From Octopus sinensis (taxonomy: Eukaryota), in the NCBI RefSeq assembly GCF_006345805.1, contig NW_021834092.1:1-27690 (forward strand): a stretch of DNA of 27,690 bases, written 5' to 3'. Positions 1 through 12,464 of this stretch are shown here, piece by piece. The position numbers and the translations under genes are program-made. Each line of letters starts with the position of its first letter. Positions within the stretch are counted from its first letter, which is position 1. The notes below the pieces were generated by a model, which saw only the letters and a program-made list of their open reading frames with translations, searched no databases and had not been told where the DNA came from.

Positions 1-142
1 TCTATCTATATCTCTATCTATCTATCTATCTATCTATATATCTATCTATACTATCTATCTATTTGTCTATCTATCTATTTATTTTGCTGACACTATATAT
101 ATATATATACACATACATACACACACGCGCGCGCGCGCATAT

Positions 143-205
<63 letters not shown>

Positions 206-389
206 CTATGCATATATATATATATGCATATATGTATGTCATATTATATGCATATATATATATACAAGATAGTCTGGATCCATCTTTGCGAATTTGCTGT
301 AACCTGTCCTGCGTGTGTGTGGGGTGTGTATGTTTGCGTGTTTTGTGTGTGCGTGCTTTTGTGTGTGTGTTTTTGTGTTGTGTGTATGT

Positions 390-428
<39 letters not shown>

Positions 429-760
429 GAGAGGAGAGAGAGAGAGAGCGACTATGTGTATGTTTCGATTCTTTGAAGTGTTTATGCATGTGTCTTTGAA
501 ATTTCATCAAATTTAGAATCATGGTTCTGTGTGTTTAGCCTAACATATATAACACTATGAAAAATGTATACGCAGTTTACAATATCTATCTACATCTAAT
601 TGTCTACATACGTATATACATAGATAAGCATGTATGCATGTATGTTTCAATATACATCAACACACACACACAGACACATATACGTATGTATATATGTATT
701 CATAGGTGTATCCATATATATATTTATATATGTATGTATGTATATATGTATTTATATATA
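1..760. repeat. Compound microsatellite region (TCTA)n/(TA)n/(TG)n/(GA)n
   Basis: Directly visible runs of TCTA, TA, TG, GA and CA units with short unique spacers. Confidence 0.9.
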
Positions 761-966
761 GTTAATCCAAATATGAAAACACAAAGAGAAAGCACAACAA
801 CACGAGGACGTGGAACTAGTATAGTGTTATTGGACGCTCAGGAAAGAAGGAAAGAAAGGGAGGATTTAACGTTTCGAGCGGAGCTCTTCGTCAGAAATAT
901 AGGAAATGGAAAGATCCAAGGAAGGGAAGGCGGAGGAAAAAATCACCAACGATACACACGCGGTAA
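761..966 (-). mobile_element. ~200 bp short interspersed element with hammerhead-like core (Penelope pLTR-like / non-autonomous)
   Basis: Minus strand reads ...cgttggtgatttt...tttCTGACGAagagctccgctcGAAAcgttaaa...cacgtcctcgtgttgttgtgctttctctttgtgttttcat. Same layout as 5834-6012 and 25869-26080; flanked by (TA)n. Confidence 0.65.
864..898 (-). ncRNA. Minimal type I hammerhead ribozyme-like motif
   Basis: Minus strand: AUUU-CUGACGA-A-GAGC(UCC)GCUC-GAAA-CG-UU-AAAU. Intact CUGANGA and GAAA cores, 4-bp stem II, 4-bp stem I (AUUU/AAAU), palindromic ACGU in place of stem III, GUU triplet. Confidence 0.65.
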
Positions 967-1143
967 AATTTATATATGTGTATATAGAAGCAGACATATA
1001 TATATACATACACACACAAAAACACACATGTATATATATATATATGTTTATGTATTAATATGCATTCTGACACACGTACACGTGCTCGCATCTACACAGA
1101 GGCACATGCACACACACACGAACACACTGACATCTATACATAT

Positions 1144-1517
1144 TGTGGCACTCTGTCGGTTACGACCACGTGGGTTCCAGATTGATCCGACCAACGGAAG
1201 AGCTTACTGGTGAAATTAACGTGTAAGTGACTGAGCACTCCACAGACACGTGTATCCTTAACATAGTTCTCGGGGGAGATTCAGCTTGACACAGAGTGTG
1301 ACAAGGCTAGCCCTTTGAAATACACGTACAACAGAAACAGGAAGAAAGAGTGAGAGAAAGTTGCGGTGAACGAGTACAGCAGGGTCACCACCAGCCCCTG
1401 CTGGAGCTTCGTTGTGATTTAGATGTGTTAGCTCAAGAAACACTCACAACGCCCTGTCTGGGAATCGAAACCGCGATCCCACGACCGCGAGTCCGCTGCC
1501 CTAACCACTGGGCCATT
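1144..1517 (-). mobile_element. tRNA-derived SINE, near full length (resembles octopus OK/Ceph-SINE with RTE-like 3' tail)
   Basis: Minus-strand head TGGCCCAGTGG (A box) and GGTTTCGATTCC (B box). The 3' part (+ strand tgtggcactctgtcggttacg...gagcactccacagacacgtg) matches my recollection of the cephalopod SINE tail; family name not verified by search. Confidence 0.8.
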
Positions 1518-1744
1518 ACATATATGTATGTCATCTTCAGAACCGTTCCATCTATTCTCGATTGTTTCTGATGTTATCCTTTTTTTTTTCCTCCCATGAC
1601 CAAAAACACAGACGTCGTGTGTGAATAGCGCGCCTTCCCCAGAGGAGTGTCGTTAGCCACAGCCAGGCAGAAACGTTTTTAAACCTCTTCACAATCTCCT
1701 TTTCTGCCGCCTTCTTCCGCTCGCATTCTTTCCTCCTCTATCAT

Positions 1745-2212
1745 TCCCGCTCTTTCACCGCCTTTCTCTCTTTCCTGCTCTCTTTAATGTTTTTTTCACT
1801 GCTTCCTGAAGTTATATTTTCTTTCTTTTCTTCCTTCTTTCTTAACTTCTTTCCTTCCTTCTTTCTTTCTTTCTTACTCTTTTCTTTATTTCGTTCTTTC
1901 TCTCTTTCATTCTTTCTTTCTTTCCTTCCTTCTTTCTTACCTTCTTTCCTTCCTTCTATCTGTCTTTTCTTTCCTTCTTGCATTCTTCCTTTCTTCTCTG
2001 TTTCTCTGTCTGTTTCTTTCTTTCTTTATCTCCTTTTCTCTCTTTCCTTCTTTCTTTCTTTCTTTCTTTCTTTTTCATTTTTATTTGATTCTTTCCCCCT
2101 TTCTGTAACCTTCTTTCTTTCTCTCCCATCATTTTCTCTATCCCACTCCCTCTCTCTCTCCTTCTCTCTCTCCCTCTCCCTCTTTCCCCCCACCTCTCTC
2201 TCTCCTTTATTC
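1745..2212. repeat. Polypyrimidine/polypurine low-complexity tract (TTTC/TTCC/TC)n
   Basis: About 470 bp of almost pure C/T on the + strand. Confidence 0.9.
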
Positions 2213-2246
2213 CATTATAAATATCCCTCTATGCCCCTACATATAT

Positions 2247-2397
2247 TCTGTATTCGCTACCAAATCTACTCGGAAGGATTTGGTCGGCTCTAGGCTATAG
2301 TAGAAGACAATTGCCCAAGGTGCCATGCAGTGGGACTGAATCTGGAGCCATGTAGTTGGCAAGAAGGCTTCTTACCGCAGAGCTACGTCTACGCCTA
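2247..2397 (-). mobile_element. 5' half of tRNA-headed SINE (same family as 15791-16162), diverged
   Basis: ggctatagtagaagacaattgcccaaggtgccatgcagtgggactgaa...cttacc aligns by eye with 12270-12425 and 16168-16325. Confidence 0.85.
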
Positions 2398-2410
2398 TAA
2401 CATAATTGTG

Positions 2411-2470
2411 TTCCCATGCCAGGAATCGAAGACGACCTGCGCGGGTGAAAGCCAGGAATACTAACCACTA
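2411..2470 (-). pseudogene. tRNA-Glu(TTC)-derived relic, 5'-truncated
   Basis: Minus strand TAGTGGTTAGTATTCCTGGCT-TTC-ACCCGCGCAGGTCGTCTTCGATTCCTGGCATGGGAA resembles metazoan tRNA-Glu(TTC). Anticodon at 2449-2447. The acceptor 5' strand is replaced by (TA)n and the T-stem is disrupted. Confidence 0.7.
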
Positions 2471-2486
2471 TATATTATATAATATA

Positions 2487-2539
<53 letters not shown>

Positions 2540-2709
2540 GTTGTGTGTGTGTGGAGATTGCGAGAGGAGAGAGAGAGAGAGAGGAAGAAAGAGTGAGAAA
2601 GATCGAGCGACCTACATTTCAAAATAATTATAGATAAATATAGGTATATGCATACATACAAAATATTACGTATGTAACGTATATATATGTATGCATATAT
2701 GTATGTATA

Positions 2710-2761
<52 letters not shown>

Positions 2762-2769
2762 AATATATA

Positions 2770-2808
<39 letters not shown>

Positions 2809-3155
2809 TATAGATATATAGATATTATATTTATATATGCTACTCTTAATATTAATATATACCCAGATATTATCACCATACATACTCTCTGAATGAATTG
2901 AGATTCTATCCGATAGGAACAAGTCTATGCAGGAAGCGCATGCATGTGACGTTCGGGTATATTCATGGATATGTCTTTGTGTGAGGGTATATCTGTGTTT
3001 GTTTACGTATGTCTAATTTATATTTGCTTTTGTTTCCCGCTCGTGGAAATACAACACATTACATGTATGTCTATCAACCTACTCGACTTTTCGTCCATAT
3101 CTATCCTTCCCTCTCTCTCTCTCTATCTCTCACTCTCTCACTCTCTATCTATATT

Positions 3156-3240
<85 letters not shown>

Positions 3241-3491
3241 TTATCTCTCTCTCTCTCTCTCTCTCTATAATATATTATATTATATAAATATATACACACA
3301 TTATATATATATATATATATACACATATATATAGACCTCAGGACGTCTATCAAAGAATCCATCTATTTAAACACAACATGCACACACGTATATATTGTAT
3401 ATAAACGCATCCACTACAAGCCACAATGCATATTATTATATATATATATATATATATTACATATATCTATATACATATTATATATAGATAT

Positions 3492-3539
<48 letters not shown>

Positions 3540-3540
3540 T

Positions 3541-3572
<32 letters not shown>

Positions 3573-3822
3573 ATATATACATATATATACATATATACAT
3601 ATATATATTATATAAACATTCATGTATATACGTAAAATACGGCGGATGGATACATAAAGGTATCTTTGTCTACTTATGTATATACGAATTTAATATATAT
3701 TTATAAGTATATATATATATATATGTTTTTGTGTGTATGTGTGTATGCACCTATGTATGTATGTGCATGTCGTGTGTGCCCGTGTGTCCGCGTATGTGTT
3801 CGTATGAGTGCATATGTGTATG

Positions 3823-3862
<40 letters not shown>

Positions 3863-4660
3863 ATGTGCATGCATTGCATGTTTTCACCCAAATCCTTAGA
3901 AATATACATGCATGCTTTTACAGACAGATAACTATCGCGCCTCAAAGAGAAGCCTAATAGAGATAGCCAAACCGTTTCATCTCAACAAAGAAATGATGCT
4001 GGATACAACAGTGAAATTCAAACCAATTTTCATCTCCTTGCAGTATACATATATACATTGCTTTTATATCTGTTTATGTGTGTGTGGGTGTATAAATATG
4101 TATATACATTTATATATATATATATATGTATATATACGCACACATATATTCACATATACGTATATATATACCTATTTATATAAATATAATGCCGATAGAT
4201 ACGTGTATGTTCGTTCGTACGTATGTATGTAAGTGCGTGTGTATGCATTATGATGAATGTATGTTCTTGTGTATGCATAGTACAACACTTCCAGATACAC
4301 TCACGCACATACACGTGAGCGAAAGATATTATATATATATATATATATATATTATATTAATCGATAGATAAATGCGTATCATACAAGAGAGATAACTCTT
4401 TTCAAGTTAGTTTCGTACGATATTTAAAAGATCATATCTCTAATATACTGAGAACAGGCAATCATGTAGCAATGTCCTCTCACTTATGAAATATATGCTC
4501 ATATGTACACACACACACACAACACACACACCACACACACCACACAACACACACACACACACACACCACACACACATACACTCACACATATATGTATGTA
4601 TGTATATATATATTTATATATATATATATGTATGTATGTATGTTTGTAGGTATAAATATA

Positions 4661-4703
<43 letters not shown>

Positions 4704-4730
4704 GTAGGTATATATATATATGTTTATACA
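2470..4730. repeat. Series of compound microsatellites (TA, GA, TCTA, TG, CA) with short unique spacers
   Basis: Directly visible, e.g. near-perfect (TCTA)n at ~3156-3240 and (TG)n at ~3826-3859. Confidence 0.85.
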
Positions 4731-5043
4731 CACCCGTATCTATGTATCGTGTACAGTTTACTTACAAATAACTTTGCATTTTTATCCACAATTTCCCACT
4801 TGGATATTAAGATTGATGTTGTTGGCTGTTTCGATGGAGCTGTTTGCGTTGTTTTTGCCACTGTTGTTTTGTTTTTGTTACTGTTGTTGCTGTTGTTATT
4901 GTTAGGCTAAGGGCCAATTATGACCCAGAAAACAGACCGAAATATTACTCACTGCGTGGATTTATGAGATCAAACCGTTCACGTCTCTGTATATCCGAGG
5001 ACGTTACTGCATATTCCGTCAATTATGTGACAATTAATTGCAC

Positions 5044-5097
5044 GTGCTCCAGCATGGCCGCAGTCAAAATGACTGAAACATGTAAAAGAATATAAGA
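5044..5097 (+). mobile_element. Isolated SINE 3' terminal fragment
   Basis: gtgctccagcatggccgcagtcaaaatgactgaaacatgtaaaaga is nearly identical to the 3' end of the SINE at ~16115-16160. Confidence 0.85.
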
Positions 5098-5179
5098 ATG
5101 ATACATGTTGTAGAGTTTATTTGTTTAATGTAACAGAAACATGAATGCATGTTCCATGATTCAACATTCAGTTTCCACA

Positions 5180-5345
5180 ATGTGTGTATGTGTGCATGTA
5201 TGTGTGTGTGAGTGTATGTATGTATGCATGTATGCGTGTGTGCATGTATGTGTGCATGTAGGTGTGTGTGCATGTATGTGTGTGTGTGCATGTATGCATG
5301 TGTGCATGTATGTGTATGTATGTTTTTACGTGTGTATGTGTGCAC
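5180..5345. repeat. Degenerate (TG)n/(TGTA)n/(TGCA)n microsatellite
   Basis: Directly visible. Confidence 0.85.
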
Positions 5346-5711
5346 TGCTTAAACACCAAATTTGAGAAATTAGGCTTTTCAAAACCAGAAAGGAGAAAGC
5401 TAATTCGAAGACTACAGATTCAATCCATAACGGGAACTGTAAAAATCCGTAAATCGTTGCAGAAGTTTATCATTTTAGTACACATGACTTATACATACTT
5501 ATAATGAGCAGGTCTAGATATGCATGTGTATGCATGAGAAGACATTTATAAAGCAAAACATACAAATCTGCACATATACATACGCACATGCATACAAATA
5601 TACCCTGTTGTTGATGTTGAAATTTCAATGAAGGAGCCTTGGATCTAGGATAAAAAGCGGCTCTCTCTTTATTGGCAAGAAATATTGAAATAAAACTAAC
5701 TAACGACATGC

Positions 5712-5833
5712 ACACATACATACATACATACAAACATACATACATACATACACACATACATACATACATACATACATACATACATACATACATACATACA
5801 TACATACATACATACATACATACATACATACAT
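5712..5833. repeat. (CATA)n microsatellite
   Basis: About 30 near-perfect units. Confidence 0.95.
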
Positions 5834-6012
5834 GTGACCCGTTGGCGATTTCTTCTTCTCCTCCAGCTTTGGACATCACCCTTTCTCCTTGCCGACGAGA
5901 TGCAATGCCCGAAACGTTAAACTCTCTCCTTTCAGCGTGTATGAAGCTAATATACTTCTTGAGCACGTCTTCACGTTCGTTGTTTTTCTTTGTTTTCATT
6001 TCTTATCCATCT
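5834..6012 (+). mobile_element. Short element with degenerate hammerhead-like core, related to 761-966
   Basis: gtgacccgttggcgattt...CCGACGA(5892-5898)gatgcaatgccc GAAACGTT(5911-5918)aaa...cacgtcttcacgttcgttgtttttctttgttttcat is colinear with the reverse complement of 761-966. Confidence 0.6.
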
Positions 6013-6325
6013 ATATGAATTGTTTATTTATTTCAGTAGACTATACGTATTTATATATATATATATTACAATTAACAAGGGGAATGAGCACTAAAGTGGA
6101 TTCCTATACGCTAGAAATAGACATCAAATCGCCTTGCCAAAAAGAGTGTATTCTATCAATTCTACCGTATATATATATATATATGTGTGTGTTGTGTATG
6201 TGTGTGTGTGCGTGTGTTTGTATGCGTGTATGTGTGTGTATGTGTGTATATGTATATGTATATACATATACACATACATATATACATATTTATATATATG
6301 TATACATATATATATGTGTGTGTGT

Positions 6326-6510
6326 GCAGGACGTAAAAAAATGTGGACAACATGGAAAACGAACTCTTTTTCGAACAACGAAAGAAACAAATAGAGAAAC
6401 GAGACAACCAACATAAAGAACAATCCCTTCATCAGTTGTTCACTGTTCTATCTACTCCGCCTTTTCGAACGCTGGGACAAGACGCACCTTCGTTAAAACA
6501 GTCGTTCCTG
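6326..6510 (-). mobile_element. Short microsatellite-embedded element, possibly the same class
   Basis: ~185 bp unique island between (TG)n and (TA)n. Minus strand has a T-rich 3' half, TAACGA...TTCGAAA enclosed by actgtt/aacagt arms, and a CTGATGA. Confidence 0.35.
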
Positions 6511-6894
6511 ATATATATATAAACGTACACACGGGAAATACGAAATTTAAAAAATGCAAATAAAAGAGATACTCTGAGACACACAGACACACAGACACAC
6601 AGACACAGAGAAAATTCCCGAGAAATCGATAATTTACTTGTTTTGTGACTAGTTTGAGTGTTGAGTATTATTAATTTTATTTGTCTCCTATTATTTTTGC
6701 TGACGTTTTCTTTGTGTGGTCGTATTTAATCCAGCGTGAAAGTTTTATTGGTGATATATACATCCGTACACACTTATGTACACAGGCATGTTTCAAATAC
6801 ACACGCACACTTAGATGTATATATATTTTTCGTTTGTGTTTGAAAAATGTAAAACATATATGTTCTTACATAAGTACCAAAGTGTATAAGCGTA

Positions 6895-7016
6895 TGGTTA
6901 TATGTATGTATATATATATGTGTGTGTCTGTATGTATATATATATGTATATATATGCATATATGTATATATGTATATACACACACAGACTCACACACACA
7001 TACATATATATATATG

Positions 7017-7072
<56 letters not shown>

Positions 7073-7188
7073 CGTATGAAGTTCTATCAGGAGTAGTACA
7101 ATGTACTTTGGGTTGAGTACAATAAATTATTCATACAATCCTATGCTTACGATTATATACATACATAGATGGATATATTTCCCTTACG

Positions 7189-7232
<44 letters not shown>

Positions 7233-7690
7233 GACAGTGTTTCACATTTTCAAATTTAATGTTACCGTATTGAGTACTTCTCCGCTGAAAACAAAGTACA
7301 TCATTGGAAATCCATCAGACATTACATACATACATACATTCACACATACATACATACACACCAACGAATACATTTGCGTGTGTGTATACATATATATCTA
7401 TACGTATATGTATATACATATATATTATATTGATATTTATATACATATATATGTGTGTGTGTATCTTTGCATATAGGTTTTATCTATCTATCTATATATC
7501 TATCTACCTATATGTAAGTATATATATATTAATATGTCTGCGTGTAAGTATATATGCGTGTAGCTATATGTGTATATGTAAGTATATATGTATATGTATG
7601 CATATATCTTCATTGATACATACATATTAAGACATGTTTACCTATCGATATATTAATATACACATAATACCTATATACATACATATATAA
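6895..7690. repeat. Compound (TA)/(TG)/(CA)/(CATA) microsatellites
   Basis: Directly visible. Confidence 0.85.
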
Positions 7691-7740
7691 ATAAATTGTA
7701 GAAAAATCCTGGGTATTTTTCTGTGATTGTGCGTAGATTC

Positions 7741-7843
7741 ATTATTATTTTTATTATTTTATTATTACTATTATTATTATTATTACTATTATTGTTGTTG
7801 TTGTTGTTGTTATTATTGTTATTACCATCGCTATTATTGTTAT
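7741..7843. repeat. (ATT)n/(GTT)n trinucleotide repeat
   Basis: Directly visible. Confidence 0.9.
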
Positions 7844-8396
7844 TTCTCAAAATAGTGCGTTAGTTTATTTGATATTTGTCCAACATTTTTCGTGTTTCGT
7901 GTTTTTGTTTCGCAGCAATATCCATCTCGTTCTTCTTTTACATCCGTCTAAAATATAAAATATCCGTATGATTTGAAAAACAAAATGAAAATTATAAAGA
8001 AGAAATCGCTATATTCCTTTTCACCACTCTGGTTATTTCTTTGTTTCTTTGGTTTTTATTTCATTTTAATAATAAACATTCAACAATTTCAATATGAAAT
8101 TGTTTTTGAATATCATTTCGGATTTGATATTTGTATAAATATTTTTATCGGTTGATTGATTTGTTTAGATCGATATTTTATATTCCTTGCCCCAAAAAAT
8201 AGAATCAATAAACGAGTTTTGCTTTTCGACTGGAAATACAATCTGAAATATCACTATGAACAATAAGCAGTGAAATTGTTTGTAAAAAGAACAGACAAAC
8301 TTCTGTATATACCTACATACACGCTCATGCATATCTTCCTACGCACATACATTCATGTGAATGTCTAAATGTGTACACACATATATACAGCATATA

Positions 8397-8478
<82 letters not shown>

Positions 8479-8626
8479 TTACCTACATATAAATGTAAGT
8501 ATGTGCATATATATATATAGACATAGATATACAGATATATAATTATGCACACATATATATATGTACATCAAAGTCTAATAATGTTTCAAATTACAAATCA
8601 AGGTGCATAATATGGTTGTGATGAAA

Positions 8627-8885
8627 TAGTAGTAGTAGTGGTGGTGGTGATGGGGGTCGGGGTGGTGGTAGTAGTAGTAATTGTGGTGGTGGTGGTGGTG
8701 GTGGTGGTGGTGGTGGTGGTGGTGGTAGTAGTAGTAGTAGTGGTGGTGGTGGTGGTAGTATTAGTAGTAGCAGTGGTGGTGGTGGTGGTGGAGGTGTTAG
8801 TCGTAGTAGTAACAGCAGCAGCAGCAACAGTAGTAGTAGTAGTAGTAGTAAGTACTTGTTGTTGTTGATGTAGTAGTAGCAGCAA
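8627..8885. repeat. Compound (GTA)n/(GTG)n/(GCA)n trinucleotide repeat
   Basis: Directly visible; source of the poly-V/poly-T/poly-P ORFs. Confidence 0.95.
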
Positions 8886-11800
8886 TAATTAGAAAAATGA
8901 AAAAAATAATCGTTTCTAGCATAAACAGAAAGTCTGGAAATATGGTGGACGGAAGGAAGTCGGTTACATCGTCCCCACAGCTTACTGCTCTTTGCGTAGA
9001 CCCGGAAAGGATCATAGTTACATATAACCCCCGTGGCATTTGAACTCAGGACATAATATTGGAAAATATCACGCGAAGCATCTTGTGCTAACGATGCAGT
9101 CGAAAATAGCGATTAGTACTATTGGCCATTTGTTTTTAACACGGTGGGGGTAAAATGCGTAAGGGAACAAGAAGAATTGGAAGAAAATTGGTTTTTACAG
9201 TAAGTGAAACGGTTAGAACGAGAGCACCGATGAAAATCTGTTAATGTATCGTTGACATTCCATAATGTAACGGAAATAGAACAACAATAGCAGGAACGAG
9301 TTCCACCAAATCGAAGACAACCATTCTGAGGTAAACGTTCTTAACCTGTTAACCACACCAGTTCTTTTACCAGAGTCACACGACGGACAAAGACCACGTT
9401 TCGATCCTCGACAGAACTGCTATGAATCGATTTTTAAGATAGGCCCAGTCGATAACGGGATCCGTCCAGCACTTGATAGCTGAAGATCAACATAAAAGTT
9501 CTTAAATAAGATATGCTCAGACACGGAAATTTTGCAATAAGTTATTTTTCAGAATGTCGAATAAAACTTCCAGGATATCTCTGAATTTGTCATCGCTTTT
9601 GCCCACCTCTTATTCTGTATAGAATGCCAAACTTAATACCCTCGACAAGGCATGATGCACCATATTCACTTCGAGGTCCAAAATCTCTCTCAGGCCATTA
9701 TCACGTTTGCCCTCCACTGGCTATCTATACAATGAGAGAGTTAATTTTCTAGCAACTACACTAAAGAAGAATTGTAGTGAATACTTTCCAGCATTCTAAA
9801 TATTAAATGACATATCTGAGCTTTTAGTTATCACAGGAGTGCAGATTGATAAAAGAAACCCGCAGCAGAAGTACTTTAACATGAACGGCGGCAACTGTTC
9901 ATCCTCGTTACTGATCGGAAGTTCCTAATGCTCTTTCACCTCAGGGTCTGTTTCCTTCGAAACCGTATCCAGGGCTTTTTGCCGTGAGCACTGAACATTT
10001 CACTCAGGTGTGGCTAGTAGATAGAGCCGGCATGTACATACTTGTTCGTTAGCTTACTACACCTGTTGTCGTTTAGCCTCTGTTTATTTCTGATAGAGCG
10101 ACGCTCTAATCAATTGAGGTCAGGCTGGGATTCCCACGTCTAAATCTAAAAGTACATTGCTTTAGACTTCTTACTTTCCATTCCGTGCTGTACAACACAT
10201 CGGGTGGTTTGGGACAGTTTCAGTAATAAATCAGTAACATTGAAAATTGTTTGCTAGAACCTGGCTCGGTTCCCCTTTATTTCTAGTGAAATAGGACCCA
10301 GTGAGTTGTCCCCTACGAAAATTCACAAGGTGTCAGGTAACCAATTCCGAAAGACAAAATTTAAGGAGGAAAACAAAAGAGAAGAGTCGGCTCGGTTGTA
10401 TAACTGGTATCTTAATTCTAACCCCTGGTATATGACCCTGGTACATGAGTAGTACTTTAATTCTTGACTCTGTTAGTGTAAAAGGAATCGGTGAGTTGAC
10501 AGACTCGTTAGAGTGTTGGATACAAGGCATTGTAACATTTGTTTCAGATTCTCTGCATGCTGGGTTCAAATCCATCAGTGATTAACTTTGTATACCATTC
10601 TTTTGGAGTCGAACAAAAAGCAAAAATCCAGAGCCATGGATCAGCGAAAGTCTCAGATAATTGGTGGGGGATGAGGTTGGATACATGTAGCATTTGTTAT
10701 GACTGTTTACGCTCAAACAATAACGTTTGAAAATACATAACTGCCAAATTTTGTCGGCCTTGGAAAAGGAAACCCCTGCTATTTAATATATCATCTTTTC
10801 ATTCAGGCAGCAGTGTATTAGTTGAGGGATTATATAGGGTTTCTCTCATTGGCTTGGTCTGGCAGACGTCTGTAGGAATGGTCAAGTATCAATTTCAGAA
10901 CGGCTATTAAGAACACGTGTGCTGCCCTCTATAGTCATTCTGTTTTATAATACATGGATAGCTTTCCTGCAAGCTTATGGACAATGGTGTGCGTCATAAT
11001 CATGAGAATAGTTTCTTAGAGCCCAAGTCATCAAATAGGGGTCAATGAATAATGAAGAAATTGCCAAGTGTTATAAAATTGAAACGGTTTTCAAACTTTT
11101 AAACTTATCAATCACCTTTGTGAAGTATGAAATTTATACAGATGCATTAATTATTCAGTTGTCTCATTAGTGGATGGGATGACAAGCAGTTTTGACAAAT
11201 ATCTTAGCTTGTGGTTAATGAAATATATATATTCTGGACTATTTCGTCGCTTCGACAAGGAATAAGCGTTCAGCAAGACTCAGCAAATCGAAGGTGTCTT
11301 GACTTGTTGTGAACATCCTGCACAATGGATATCATTATAGTGGGCATGGTTCGTGCAGAGCCAGAGCCGTCCTTTGAATCTTGTATTGGTCTGGGGGGCA
11401 AAAAAAGGCCATAAACCCAGCTTGTATCAGGAAGTAGGATTTTCATGGAGTTACCTTTTATTAGATAAGCAGTTAAAGAGCTAAACGTTTCTCATCTGCC
11501 CTGGATGTGTCTGTAAGAATATAAGTGATTGTTTTCCAGAAGCAATTCGGTGACAGGCCAAGTGACCAGAACTGGGATCTTGGCAGGTACTTCTACTCCG
11601 GGTCAGGAACAAAAGGTAATTCCAACTCCCATCAAAACTCTGGAACTCCCGAACCAGGGCCACCATTACTGGATGCCGTATAAAGTCATACCGACGACCA
11701 GATATTAAGCTCCCAATAAAAGGCATGTATCAATATTTTATTTCAGTTCCTTATGCTCTCTTTTAAATTGGACATAGCTTTGTCAGAAATGTAAGAACCT

Positions 11801-11992
11801 CACTTATAATGCCTTGTAGTCCTCTGCAGACATGGATCGAGAGAAAGATGAAGAGTCAATGAAATGAGCAACCAGGGCAAAGATGTTGACGTTTTGTAGT
11901 CCTTTGCAGACTTGAACGAAGGGAGAGGGGAAGCAAAGAAATGAGGGACCATGAGAAACAGTGTTGTTAGTGAGCAGTACATTATAAACTAT

Positions 11993-12215
11993 TACTCTTT
12001 ACTCTTTGACATGTTTCAGTCATTTGACTGCGACCATGCTGGAGCACCGCCTTTAGTCGAGCAAATTGACACCCAGGACATATTCCTTGTAAGCCTAGTA
12101 CTTATTCTATCGATCTCTTTTGCCGAACCGCTTAGTTACGGGAACGTAAACACACCAGCATCGGTTGTCAAGCGATGTTGGGGTGGGGGCAAATACACAC
12201 AAACACACACACACA

Positions 12216-12249
<34 letters not shown>

Positions 12250-12425
12250 GCATATATATACGATGGGCTTCTTTCAATTTCTGTCTACCAAATTCACTCA
12301 CAAGGCTTTGTTTCGGCCCGTGGCTATAGTTGAAGACATTTGCTCAAGTGCCACGCAGGGAGACTGAACCCGGAGCCATGTGGTTCGTAAGCAAGCTACT
12401 TACCATATAGCCCCTCCTGCTCCTA
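11993..12425 (-). mobile_element. Full-length tRNA-headed SINE with internal (CA)n/(TA)n microsatellite
   Basis: Reverse complement aligns end to end with 15791-16162. Head: A-box-like GGCTATATGG and B-box-like GGTTCAGTCTC; tail ...ccagcatggtcgcagtcaaatgactgaaac followed by a short (AAAGAGT) repeat. Confidence 0.9.
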
Positions 12426-12464
12426 TTGCATTATTTTCTTACGAAAGTGAAAGACTTAAAACAA

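Noticed and set aside
2411-2470. Functional tRNA-Glu gene
   Set aside because: Acceptor-stem 5' strand is missing and the T-stem and anticodon stem are mismatched.
9394-9417. Hammerhead-like CUGUCGA-GGAUC-GAAACGUG on the minus strand
   Set aside because: Core mismatch, essentially no stem II, no valid UH triplet or stem I, and not within a recognisable element.
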